Translations under genes and position numbers: made by a program
Part shown: positions 18,549-29,709 of the stretch, in pieces
Layout of the letters: each line of letters opens with the position of its first letter
Position numbering within the stretch: position 1 is the first letter of the stretch
Notes under the pieces: generated by a model
Databases searched by the model: none
The model's input: only the letters and a program-made list of their open reading frames with translations
Told to the model about the DNA's origin: nothing
Source of the DNA: Clostridia bacterium
Lineage (GTDB): Bacteria; Bacillota; Clostridia; TANB77; CAG-465
NCBI GenBank assembly: GCA_028684095.1
Contig: JAQUGQ010000001.1
Coordinates: 67,817-131,816 of the forward strand
Length of the DNA: 64,000 nt
Reading direction: 5' to 3'

Positions 18549-21500
18549 TTATTCAAAATCATTTGCAGCCCTATTATCTAAATCAAATAATACTACTGAA
18601 CCCCTAATCTCTCTATATCGACTATTATCTATTTCCCACATACCCTTTTCTAACTGATATCTTAATTTCTTGTTAGGATTTGATATATCAAAATTCATAA
18701 ATCCTTCATAATCCCATTGTGAAGAATCAACTGGACTACCTGCAGCTCTATTTTGTTGACTATATGAAATACTTCTTGTACTAGGAGGATTAGTTATTGT
18801 ATCTTTACAAACTATCTTAAATATAACACCAATATATCCATCTTTACAAGGATTATTAATATCTCCGCCATTAGCTACTGCTATTGTTGAATTAGGTAAT
18901 TTAAATTCACCATACCAAGATTGTATAAATGAGGAATTATTCGTACCCATAGACTTATTAGTTAACTTTATTATACTAGATACATTAAGTGGTTCTAGCT
19001 TAGTAGACATCATTGTATTATCATCTGTATAAATACTATTTCTTAAATATCTATATCCATCATTTGGTTTATAATATATTGTATACCCACTTGAACTAAA
19101 ATTTTTGTAACTACCATTAGCATTTTTAAAATATAATTTTAAATTTGAGGGTGGTATAAATGTCTTACCATCTTTTGAAATATAGTAATATGATGGTGTT
19201 ATTTCAACCGTTCTTGAACCATTTGAATTATTTGAATCCATAAATCCTGTTGTTTTCAAATCAAAACTTATTCTATATCCCATTTTTGGTGCATTTATAT
19301 ATTTAGTATTTAAATTTTTGTACGGTCCAAGTGGTATTATTCTTTTAGGAATTGTTCCTAAATCATTATTTGTTTCCATTTCATTAAGATTTGGATTATA
19401 TAGATTCCATTTTTTAATTCCCGAATAGTATATAATTCCTGTAGGTTTATTTACATTTCCACTTACAGAAGTTTTAAATATATCTTTAAATTCCAAATCT
19501 GTACAATCTGTTACCGCAAAGTCAAATATCCTTCCTACGTTATATGTATTTATAATATAATATGCAAGATGATTCGCATCACCTACTATATCTGTTCTTG
19601 TTAATAAATTTTTTTGATTCTGTACAGTTCCGCTATTAGTCACAATTTCACGATTATCCATAAATCTAGTTTCTGACATTTTAGCACTCTTATAATAATT
19701 ATCTAAAAGCTGTGTACTATTTATAGCAACTGCTTCTATTCTAATTCTATTTGTAAGTTGTTCAACTGTTCCAGAACCAAAACTATCTGTTGTCTTTCCA
19801 CTAAATGTAGTAGTACTTCCATTTTTATATATAGGAGTATCTGCAGCTAATTTTTTTTCTACACCATTTTCAGTATACAATACATCAAAACTAAATATGT
19901 AATAAAATCCTTTTACAAAACTTGTTGTAGATACATTACTATAACTTGCAACACTACTTCCGGTCATAATAGGTGTAATATTGAAAATCGCATTTTTTTG
20001 TAAGATAGATGAGTTACTATTATTTTCAACTGAATGATTTACTATTACAGGTGTTGATAATTCAAATGTAGCAAATCTCATAGGTGTTAATACATTTACT
20101 TTATTTACATCATTATCTCTATATATTTTACTCTGATCAGCAAAATCTTCTTGTATTACATCCTTGTTTGTATTAAGTTGATATGTTGCATCTGTAGATG
20201 TAAACACATTTGTACCAACATTATATTTAGAATCAGTAACTAAAGTATAAATTATTTTACCAGTTAACTCTCTTATACCATTCTCTCTAATTGTTGGTAC
20301 TGTTTGATATCCACCACTAAAATCTGCTTGTGTTGTTAATTTTGTAGTTGGTGGTGTCATAAAACTCCCCAAATTAGATGTATAACTTATATTTGTACCT
20401 GGAACATTAGTTCCGGTTTTTGTTGAATTTAACTCTCTAGTTGTATTTGATTGACTATTTATATGTTCTGACCAATCTTTATAATTACGTTGCAACATAC
20501 CATTATCCCATAGGTTTGATAAATTTGGCATTCCATCTAATTGTATAAAATCATTATCATATTTATAATTTATACTAAGATTTTCATGATTAGCTGCCGC
20601 TTGAGCAGTTACTGCATTTAAAGCCGAATCTGCTGCATCTTCTGCATCAGATTCCCCAGAATCTGGCGAACTACTAGATCTATATACATTAGATAAACTA
20701 TATGATTTATCTGGAAATGTTACTGTTAATGTTTTATTTATTTTACCACTACTATTATTAAATTTTGATTCATATGAAGAACTTGGATTAATTATGTACA
20801 TTCCTCCCCCAAATAATGTTCCTCCAATATTACTATTATTATCATAAACTTCTACTTTTGAAATTTTATACATTTTAAAATTAACTATTTTATACCATAC
20901 ATGTTTATATGGCACTGTATAGGTAAAAGATTTTGATGTACTGGAACTACCGGTACGAGGATAATATTTACACGAAGATGTACAACTTGTTGTAGTAACA
21001 CCATTAGTAGTAGATGATGAATCATGATGCTCAAATTCCCAATATCTCCAACTATATGGTTGAGTTATTGATATATCTGCACTAATATTTCCAGTCTCTT
21101 CCATTCTTTCATATCTTAATGCCCTTACAACATATGGATATGCACCATTAACATATGGCCTTAACTCTTTGCCAGCTGGTATAAAGTCAAGTGTAGGGCC
21201 TGAACTTGAATTATAGTATGGTGTACCTGATTGTGTATTTATAAATTCTAACCTACCTATAATTTGTATATTTGGTAATCTAGTTGCAGGTGGTGGTGGT
21301 GGTTCTTTGCTATAAACCAAATTTATAACTATAACATCATCCACATTATTCTCATTAATACCAAATGTTGTTGGATCTATATTCCAAACATATTTCAGAC
21401 CAAAATTAAAATTATTTTCAGCAGCATTTAAATCAGGACCTCTTGCTACTACTCCACGCACAAATGTATAAGTATTATTATCACCAGTTACTTTCGTTTT

Positions 21501-22527
21501 ACTTGATTTTCTAACAGATATTTTTTCAGAACCTTCTATTGTATAATGCTCTTGATAATTTAACCTTGGTTCACTATTTAACCTGGTAGTTCCTGCAGGA
21601 ATTACCATATTTAATTCACTGTTTTCAAATCCAGCTAATACATTTCCATCTTCATCCACATGATTTATATATATTTCTCTTTTTGCGCTAACAACGGGTA
21701 TTTGAAGAATGTTGTCATATAAATTTGCAGCTGAAGCTCCTGGTTTTGCAGGACTTTGAGAATATGGCAACCAAGTTTCACGAACAGTAAATCCTCTTTG
21801 ATCACCATACCAATATCCAATTGTCTCTTGAAAAAAATCCCAAGCTGTATTCATATGATATCCATCAATTCTTTCATCTGTAGTATTAACTCCATTTGAA
21901 AATCTTACAAGATTATTAGTTCCATTCAACCCATATGTATTTATTATTTCAGCAATTGCACTAGCAGTAATTTCATAAATATCAATTCTTACACCATTAG
22001 CAGTTACCTTCCAACATAAAGTATTAATTTTATCAGAATTAATACCTTTATCCATTTGCAAATAATTTCCTGTATCATCAACTTGATTTCTTGGTATATT
22101 TACTGGATTACTTGTAAATCCAGTAAAATCATCAGTACCAATTGCTATAGGAACAGAATTAGTATCGTAATACACATTATTATTTGTACCACTTTCTACA
22201 AATCCATAGTTATATATAGAAAATACTTTATCCATAGGTGCAAATATATAATTATATGTCTCAAACGTTCTATCAGTTCCGCTTGTACTTGCATCTGATG
22301 CATCAGAAAGTACCCATCCATCATATTTATTTGTAGCAGGATCATTATATTTTGCTATAGAGCCGCGGAGAAGCTTGAACCATCTGTGTTATTACAGCAG
22401 CATAGCCAGTTCCATTCAAACTAAAATCTTGGCATTGATATACTAAACCATATCCATATACCTTTATGGCATTGATAATTATTGCAAGTATAAATAATGT
22501 TTTAAATATTTTTTTCATTATATTCAT
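18549..22527 (-). CDS. giant secreted protein of the filament locus (candidate tip adhesin), interrupted by a +1 frame break at CGG 22365-22363
   Basis: The ORF-track pieces are 22345-22527 (MNIMKKIFKTLFILAIIINAIKVYG..., a signal peptide whose ATG overlaps the TGA of the upstream gene) and 18549-22235 (1228 aa, no signal peptide, no SD before its ATG). The 18549 frame is open upstream to 22388. Skipping C 22365 joins ...VQASP to GSIAKYNDPATNKYDGWVLSDAS... The protein also has a PPPPP linker near residue 310 of the large piece. Confidence 0.7.
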
Positions 22528-23924
22528 TGTTTTTCCTCCTGTTTAAAATACGTTTCATTATCTATTTCTTTTGTTATTCCACACTTATCTGTATCTAATA
22601 TTGCCTTATATAACTCAACTTCTTTTAAATATATATTATCACTTCCTATTGCAGTTGATAAAAAATAATCAACTAGTAAATCATAACTATTTTGTGTATA
22701 TGTTTTCTTTAGCACATGTAAATAATCTAAATATATAAGATTTTCTTTTGTTTTCGATTGTTTGATTTCAAACGTCAGTTTTAATCTTGCTCTATACGAA
22801 AAACCATCATAATATATTATTGGAACTTGTAATTTAGACTTTCCTTCTATAACTATTTCATTATCTTTTACATGTTTAACATAACTTTTTATAGCAAATT
22901 CATTAGGAGCAAATATAAAATAAGATTTTATTTTTTGTTTTAATCCTTCCTCAGATATTGTTCTGTAATCTATATTCAAAATAGTATTAAAGAATTCTTC
23001 TGAAAATTTCTGGATTCGTGGATAATACTCTTTTTTATAAGCATATACATCCTTTGCATTCATTGCTCTTGGACTAAATTCAGATTCAAATGGTATCTCA
23101 TAAACAGATTTATCTACAGTTGTTATTGTGTATGGATATTGATCAGCATTTGATGGAACTTTTTCAGGATTGATATTTAGTTTATCTCCAGACAAAGTTA
23201 TAGTGTTATATTTTTCTACAAAATTAATAACTAATTCGTTTAACTGTCCTTTAAATATATTTTCATCACCTTTTAAATTATTAGACAATTTTGATATAAT
23301 TTCATTTGCTAACATATCTTTTATTGCTGTTTGTTGTTCTACTGTATACTTATCAATATCTTTTAACTTGGCTTCGGTATCTTTTACTGTTTGTTCAGTT
23401 AAAAATTTCAACTTACAATTTTCAAAATATGATATAACATCTATATACTTTACTTTATCGTTACAATTATTAATATTTATATCTTCTTTTGTTATTGCTG
23501 AATTTTTTGCAAATTCAACCCAAAGTGAATTTGTATATTCATTTTCTAATGTATCAATTCCAGATAATATCTCATTAGTATTCAGTACTGTACCTAATGC
23601 AATTTTTAATGCCTCTGATTTTGTTACAGACTCAGTAGTTTTTGCACTCCCGTTATCATACAGTTTTTCAAATCCATAAGTTTTCATTTTTTCTTCATAT
23701 TTTACATAAGGCTTATATTTCATATTACTTAAATATGTAATTAAAAATCCTGATACAGCTATTATTACCACAGTTAATATAACTAAAATTATACCCAACT
23801 TTATACGTTTTCTCTTAATTTTTTCTTTTATAGATGCATTATTTAGCTTTGCAGCATTTAACTTGTCCTTATTTGATAATTGTGATGATATCTCTTCATT
23901 CTTTTTTATATTTTTTTTAAACAC
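22524..23924 (-). CDS. single-pass membrane protein of the filament locus
   Basis: 466 aa. A basic N-terminus is followed by the TM helix LGIILVILTVVIIAVSGFLITYL. It starts at GTG with a GGAGTG SD. The stop overlaps the next start (ATGA). Confidence 0.6.
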   Translation of the reverse strand: MFKKNIKKNEEISSQLSNKDKLNAAKLNNASIKEKIKRKRIKLGIILVILTVVIIAVSGFLITYLSNMKYKPYVKYEEKMKTYGFEKLYDNGSAKTTESVTKSEALKIALGTVLNTNEILSGIDTLENEYTNSLWVEFAKNSAITKEDININNCNDKVKYIDVISYFENCKLKFLTEQTVKDTEAKLKDIDKYTVEQQTAIKDMLANEIISKLSNNLKGDENIFKGQLNELVINFVEKYNTITLSGDKLNINPEKVPSNADQYPYTITTVDKSVYEIPFESEFSPRAMNAKDVYAYKKEYYPRIQKFSEEFFNTILNIDYRTISEEGLKQKIKSYFIFAPNEFAIKSYVKHVKDNEIVIEGKSKLQVPIIYYDGFSYRARLKLTFEIKQSKTKENLIYLDYLHVLKKTYTQNSYDLLVDYFLSTAIGSDNIYLKEVELYKAILDTDKCGITKEIDNETYFKQEEKQ

Positions 23925-24073
23925 TTAATCAACACTCCATTCATTATAAAATATATACTTTTATTATTTGGTAACATTATATCACAAAAGTTTTTTTTAA
24001 AAAAGTCGTTATGAAAAAACTAGTAGAAAATTCAAAAAATATTTATTATCTTTAATACACAAATCATAATTAA

Positions 24074-25273
24074 TTATGGTCTACATAATGGACAAGGATA
24101 AAAGCCTTCAACAAATTCACCATCTGAAATAGCTGCTTTTAATGATGCTGCTTGCTGTTTAGTATTTACATATTGAGGAGTTATATTAACCTTATTAGAA
24201 ACAATATATTCAGGACATTTTATATCTTTGTGATATAGATTTCTGAAGTATTTAGAACCATTAGCCCCATTATTTGGTGTACTTACATAATATTTAGTTG
24301 AAAGTTCTAGACTTGCTCCACCGTATGCTTTATAGTTTAAATACTTATTTCCTACTGACATTCCTTGTACAAATGCTAACATTCCTATATCTTCTACATA
24401 TCTATACATTTCTTCTTTTGTAGTATAAGGAAATACAAATGTATACTTTACACCAGCTATATTTGCATAATGATTATTTTTATTCACTGCAAAATTTAAT
24501 TCTCTAGTTATAACATCTATTATAGTATCTTTCCTTTTACTTTTCAAAAGATTTATTATGTTAGTTTTTAATGACACATCAGTACTACCATCATATAAAT
24601 CCGAATTGTTGTTAGTATCACCTATATAAAAACCTTTTGCAGTATACGTTTTTGTAACATCATTCTTATTTCCTCTATGCACTATATAATCATCCATACT
24701 AAATTCTACTGTATGTAAAGAAAACCCAGGCTGATTTGATAATGCTTGTATTGTAGTTGGATCTGTTGTTATTTTAGTACCTCCAGAAGCATTATAATTT
24801 ATTCCATATGTAAATGAAAAATATCTTTTAGGTTTAACAACATGATTGGTTTCTTTTACAAGTTGATTTAATGAATTCAGTGTATCATATTCTTCCATTG
24901 ATGAAATATATACTCCGTTATAATCTATAACTGCTATTGCTGGCACAAAATATTTAAGATGTTTTTCAGCATCCTTATTTCCTTTAATTGAAAAATTATT
25001 GTATAATGAATTAAAAAAGGTATTTACTGCAACTTGTGCATTTACACTTACTTTATTATTTATTTCTCCTGAATATCCATAATCATTTTCTTTATCATCA
25101 TTTTCAACTTCTTTCATTCTCATAGCAGCATCTTCCAAAGCAGAGTTAATTATTTTTTGATAATATGATTCCTCTTCTATTGCCTTAATAGTAAAAGATA
25201 CATTTATATATACTATTATAATTATTGGAAGTACCACTCCTATAAATATAAGTGCAAAATCTGTTATTCTCAT
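24074..25273 (-). CDS. TadE-like pseudopilin-type protein
   Basis: 399 aa. N-terminus MRITDFALIFIGVVLPIIIIVYINVSF is a hydrophobic helix with an internal Pro, as in TadE-like N-termini. AAGGTG SD. C-terminal 'CPLCRP'. Confidence 0.5.
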   Translation of the reverse strand: MRITDFALIFIGVVLPIIIIVYINVSFTIKAIEEESYYQKIINSALEDAAMRMKEVENDDKENDYGYSGEINNKVSVNAQVAVNTFFNSLYNNFSIKGNKDAEKHLKYFVPAIAVIDYNGVYISSMEEYDTLNSLNQLVKETNHVVKPKRYFSFTYGINYNASGGTKITTDPTTIQALSNQPGFSLHTVEFSMDDYIVHRGNKNDVTKTYTAKGFYIGDTNNNSDLYDGSTDVSLKTNIINLLKSKRKDTIIDVITRELNFAVNKNNHYANIAGVKYTFVFPYTTKEEMYRYVEDIGMLAFVQGMSVGNKYLNYKAYGGASLELSTKYYVSTPNNGANGSKYFRNLYHKDIKCPEYIVSNKVNITPQYVNTKQQAASLKAAISDGEFVEGFYPCPLCRP

Positions 25274-25383
25274 TCATTCACCTTCTCTATATAATATTCT
25301 TTAATTAAAATTTACATTGTATGCTATATTTTATATATAAATTATTTAACAATCTTTTTAAAATTGTTTGTACCAATATTTAT

Positions 25384-26614
25384 CTACAAATTTTGTACTC
25401 TAAATGTTAAAGTTTTTGTTAGCGAGAAATGACCTTCAACGTCCTTTGCTGTTACCTTAACTGTTACATTTCCTTTAAATATTCCTGTAAAAGAATTTCC
25501 AGATTGAGTACGTGTACCAAAGTCATCTGTTATAATCCAATCATATCTATCTATAGCATTCGCTATCACCCCAGTATCACCTGAACCAGTTGGAAATTCT
25601 ATAGTAGATACAGCATTAAAAGTTATCGTTGTTGAACCTCCAAACACACTAATTATATCGCCTTGTAATACTGTAGGTGATGAATTTAATGTAGGTATTG
25701 AAGGTAAAGTATTTGCTGCATATATAGTTACAATTTTTGTATCAGAAATTTCTTCGTATTCATCTATTACATACACCTCTATTGAAATTGGTGTTCCTAT
25801 TGTAATATTTCTACTAATTGTGCCAACAAAATCAGATATATTAGTTAAATTTTCATTTGTTCCAGTTTGAATAATATTTCCGCCAGCATCCTTTATAGTC
25901 CAAACATACTTTGAAATCTTTTTCCACCAACCTGATGTTTTGGATGAAGCTCCAAAATTTGTATTATAGCCAGCTTCTAGTGTAATACTACTGCCAATAC
26001 CTATTCCATCTGCTGATATACTTGGAATTGATGGTTTAGTAGAAAAAGAATGTATTTCAGCTTCTACTTTATCCCATGAACTATTATTAACAACTCCTCC
26101 ATAATTTACTACTATTCTTTCTTTTTTAGATGTCGGTATTATAACCTGAAATAATGCTCCAGCCATTGTTATATTTTCATTTTTTAATTTAACATATATT
26201 TGATCATCTTTATTTAATAAATATGCTTTTTCTTTAAGTAATTTTCCATTTGTTGTTAATATATTAGTTGTATCCATTGCTTTAAAAATATCATCATTAT
26301 CCTCAAACTTATATTGTTCAATGTAATCATCGGCATCAACAGTATTCGCATCTAGAATCAAGATTTTTTTATATGCTTCTATATCTATATCATATAAATT
26401 GCCAGTACTATTCAATTGAATTATAAAATCATCATAAGTTGCTTGATCTATATATCCGTTTGTTTCTAACATCATCTACAAAACATGTAGTTGCCTTTAA
26501 AGCAAGTGTATACGACATATCATCTTGTCTTTCAAACAGATTATATAATGGAAATATTACTACTAATATTACAAATATCAGCATGGTAATTACAATACTT
26601 ACATTATCTTGCAT
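25384..26614 (-). CDS. TadE-like pseudopilin with PKD-like repeats, interrupted by a frame break at CGG 26458-26456
   Basis: The N-terminal piece (start set at ATG 26614, AAGGGGG SD) reads MQDNVSIVITMLIFVILVVIFPLYNLFERQDDMSYTLALKATTCFVDDVRNK. The downstream piece (no SD) continues GYIDQATYDDFIIQLNSTGNLYDIDIEAYK. The joined sequence parallels paralog 28188-28943 (..SYALAVKVTSELVENVRNNGYLSKKMYDDYLTKLSVTNNTYDIKMEHK). The C-terminal part has two 'Y.W.I.D..G' Ig/PKD-like repeats. Confidence 0.7.
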
Positions 26615-26704
26615 ATTTTCCCCCTTTTTCATTATAGTAAATATGTTGTTTTAGAATATTAAAAAAATTATTTATAAATATAAATATAATTATTATTATT
26701 ATTA

Positions 26705-27736
26705 TTAATTAATTACATTAAATAGAAATTCTTTTTCTGAAGTAGCATTTTCTGAATCAGTAACTTTTACTTTTACTTTATTTGCTCCTAATGGAAAAGA
26801 GAAGTTAAATACAGAACTGTCATTTATTTTTTGAATATCATTTACATACCATTCATATTTTGTTATATACCCACCATCATTCATAGATGTAGCATTAACC
26901 AAGAACTGAAGTGTTACTGGACCAGTTATACTTCCTCCTTCACTAACTAAACTATTTATTTCTACTAAATAATTTATAACTGGCTCATAATAATTTATTA
27001 TTATCTCTTTTACTGCAATAGCAGAAACTGTTCCAAAGCTATCCATAGCTGTTACAGATATTATATTTTTTCCACGTATAAATTTTAAATTATCTCCATA
27101 CTGAAATCCTAGTAATTGAGCAACTTGAGTAGTTATCGTCCAATCTGGTCGGCTATCATCATAATTTATTGTCCAGCAATAACTAACAATAGAATTCTCT
27201 GATGGCAAATTTGTACAATGAGCTGTAGCAGTAATATTAACTAATTGAACTGGTGTAGGTGGTATAGTCTGAGGAAAAACACTAGGATTAGTAGTTATAT
27301 TATCTATAATAGGCGGTTCGGCTTCATATACTGCCGTTACTAAATTTGGTCCAGCTGAAACCCATGCAGCTTCTATTTCTATTTTTTGACCAGTAACTGA
27401 TCTTTTATATGTTAATGTATACAGATCATTTAAATTTATGTTACTTACAGGTTCTATATTTGTAAAATTATATATTGAATCTAATGATGTACCATATTTA
27501 TCAGATGATTTATAGTTATAATAATATGTTAATAGTTCAGATCCTGTTATTGTATTATTTGTAGGAGCTGATGTTGTTTCTATAATACTATCTGATGAAA
27601 CCACCTTGCCATATTCATATACTTTATCAGCAAGTGTAATCGTAGATAAAAACAAATATATTGTAATACTCGTTGCTATTATAAATACAAACACATATAC
27701 ACTTGTAACTAAAATTTCATATGCTGAATTTTCCAT
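26705..27736 (-). CDS. pilin-like protein with PKD-like repeats
   Basis: 343 aa with an N-terminal hydrophobic helix (ILVTSVYVFVFIIATSITIYLF). Repeats 'YCWTINYDDSRPDW' and 'YEWYVNDIQK...VKVKVTDSENATSEKEF' resemble PKD/Ig-like domains. Confidence 0.55.
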   Translation of the reverse strand: MENSAYEILVTSVYVFVFIIATSITIYLFLSTITLADKVYEYGKVVSSDSIIETTSAPTNNTITGSELLTYYYNYKSSDKYGTSLDSIYNFTNIEPVSNINLNDLYTLTYKRSVTGQKIEIEAAWVSAGPNLVTAVYEAEPPIIDNITTNPSVFPQTIPPTPVQLVNITATAHCTNLPSENSIVSYCWTINYDDSRPDWTITTQVAQLLGFQYGDNLKFIRGKNIISVTAMDSFGTVSAIAVKEIIINYYEPVINYLVEINSLVSEGGSITGPVTLQFLVNATSMNDGGYITKYEWYVNDIQKINDSSVFNFSFPLGANKVKVKVTDSENATSEKEFLFNVIN

Positions 27737-27745
27737 ATATTATTC

Positions 27746-28153
27746 TCACTTTCTTTTAAAAAATACTGTTACATTTTTATTATTATCAAATTCATAACGT
27801 ATAACATATAACCTATTGATCTCTAATTTGCTAGTATGTCCAACATCACCACTATCCCAAAGGTCAAGCCAAGTTTTTGTATTTATAACATCTCCTGTTT
27901 CCTCTATTTTTACTAATATCATTGTACTATTCTTATATTTTTTTGCTATATTATATACTTCAAGTCCTGTAACAGTTGGCGTTTCATCTTTTGAAAACTC
28001 TACAAATAGATCTTTTATACTAATATCGGTTTTATATACATCTTGATATATAAAAGTTAATTGATTTAAAGTAAATAATATGGCTGATGTAATGGCTAAA
28101 GACACTGTTATACCTACCCCAATAATTAATGCCTTTGTTGGCAAAAAATCCAC
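27746..28153 (-). CDS. minor pilin-like protein
   Basis: 135 aa. N-terminus MDFLPTKA-LIIGVGITVSLAITSAILF shares the [KR][AS]-[IL].IG[VA][GS] motif with the major-pilin candidate. It starts at GTG with a GAGGGG SD. Confidence 0.55.
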   Translation of the reverse strand: MDFLPTKALIIGVGITVSLAITSAILFTLNQLTFIYQDVYKTDISIKDLFVEFSKDETPTVTGLEVYNIAKKYKNSTMILVKIEETGDVINTKTWLDLWDSGDVGHTSKLEINRLYVIRYEFDNNKNVTVFFKRK

Positions 28154-28187
28154 TTTAAATCACCCCTCACTTAATTAACAAAAATTG

Positions 28188-28943
28188 TTATTGCCAAGTC
28201 TTATATTTTTCATTTTGGATTGTACATCCATAATTCACATAAACTCTCGGCATAGGCTCTGATAGCATTCCAATTGTTAAGGCATTAAAGAAAAATTCTG
28301 CAGTAGTTGTATTTATATTCTTAACTCTTATTGTATATGAATCACCCTTATTCATCGCATAAATAGGACCTAATTTATCAAATATATATATATTTGGATT
28401 TAGAGGAATATCATATTCAAGAATAGCTCCATAACTAGCTGAAGTCATACCTATACGAACAAAATTTAAATTTAAAGGTGATTCAACTATATCTTTATTT
28501 AATGCATCTAAAATATTAACTTCTGTATATATTTCTTCATTTCTAGCATAAGATAAAACTAAATTTCCATAATTCACACTATTATATAATATGTTACCAG
28601 TTAGATATTGATTTTTATATATATCATATTCAAAAGTTTCTATTAATTTTGTATGTGCAACATCATCATAAGAACAAATAACAGGATTATATATATATGA
28701 TTTGTGTTCCATTTTAATATCATAAGTATTATTAGTTACTGATAACTTTGTTAAATAATCATCATACATTTTTTTTGACAAATAACCATTATTTCTCACG
28801 TTCTCAACTAATTCAGATGTTACTTTAACAGCTAATGCATATGAAACATCATCTTTTTTTTCAAATGCAATATACATAGGTAATAGAAAAAATATTATTA
28901 CAGCTAACATTCCAGAAAATACTCTTTGTAAATTTTCTTCCAT
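28188..28943 (-). CDS. TadE-like pseudopilin-type protein
   Basis: 251 aa. MEENLQRVFSGMLAVIIFFLLPMYIAFEKKDDVSYALAV. It is a paralog of 25384-26614. GGGAGG SD. Confidence 0.55.
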   Translation of the reverse strand: MEENLQRVFSGMLAVIIFFLLPMYIAFEKKDDVSYALAVKVTSELVENVRNNGYLSKKMYDDYLTKLSVTNNTYDIKMEHKSYIYNPVICSYDDVAHTKLIETFEYDIYKNQYLTGNILYNSVNYGNLVLSYARNEEIYTEVNILDALNKDIVESPLNLNFVRIGMTSASYGAILEYDIPLNPNIYIFDKLGPIYAMNKGDSYTIRVKNINTTTAEFFFNALTIGMLSEPMPRVYVNYGCTIQNEKYKTWQ

Positions 28944-28972
28944 AATTCCTCCCTAATCTTATTTATATCCCA

Positions 28973-29404
28973 TTAAGATATTAATTGAAATGCATAATTG
29001 TTTCCATTTCTTATTATTCTAAATTTTTGATTTGGCATTATCGTTTTCATAATTGGAATATATACAACATTTTCAGAAGAATTTATTTTTGCAATACCAG
29101 GAGTTATAAGATTTAATGATGCATCAATTCTATAAGCATAATAATTATCAATAGTTATTGTTACATCAATGCTGTCATAAAAATACTGTAATACATTTCT
29201 AAGCTCAGCACCAGTTGCTTCTGAACTATATAATATTTTTTTAATATCTTCCCTGTATTGCTGTTCTATGTCAATACCTGTTCCAACTTCAGCAACCATA
29301 CTTTTTGCTGTATTATAATACATCATTATTACTGTGACAGTTGCAAGGGTAATAAGTATACTAGCACCTATAGTAATAGATCTTATCATAATATCATCTT
29401 CCAT
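28973..29404 (-). CDS. minor pilin-like protein
   Basis: The start is set at ATG 29404 (GAGGGGG SD) rather than 29455. N-terminus MEDDIMIRS-ITIGASILITLATVTVIMMYY carries the same motif as the major pilin. Confidence 0.55.
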   Translation of the reverse strand: MEDDIMIRSITIGASILITLATVTVIMMYYNTAKSMVAEVGTGIDIEQQYREDIKKILYSSEATGAELRNVLQYFYDSIDVTITIDNYYAYRIDASLNLITPGIAKINSSENVVYIPIMKTIMPNQKFRIIRNGNNYAFQLIS

Positions 29405-29595
29405 TGCTATTCCCCCTCTATAAAGATATATTCTTTTGAATAAAAGCAGTATCATTAATCATCTACTATTTTATATCCAATATTTATTATTCGAGTTGTG
29501 AATTATTCACTTAATTGTTTTTTAATTATATATATCATTATCTATTCTTTATTTTGGTATAACCGTTATAATTTATATTATAAATTACACTCTTG

Positions 29596-29645
29596 GCTAG
29601 ATATTTCTATTAAAAACTCTTAATTTTTTAATAGAAATATCTAGC
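29596..29645 (-). terminator. 21-bp perfect hairpin downstream of the major-pilin gene (terminator/attenuator or RNA-stabilising stem)
   Basis: gctagatatttctattaaaaa (29596-29616) and tttttaatagaaatatctagc (29625-29645) are exact reverse complements, with an 8-nt loop. The hairpin sits in the 254-bp gap after the pilin stop. Confidence 0.55.
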
Positions 29646-29709
29646 AATGTATATAAATATACATTGTAGATATTCGGACTATATTATTATTAATTATATA
29701 TATTAAATA

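Noticed and set aside
22361-22377. The GC-rich patch AGCCGCGGAGAAGCTTG carrying adjacent SacII (CCGCGG) and HindIII (AAGCTT) sites, which looks like a cloning scar
   Set aside because: Both flanks are continuous coding sequence of the same protein once the single-base break is bypassed, and no vector-like sequence is present. It is more simply part of the CGG frame-break pattern.
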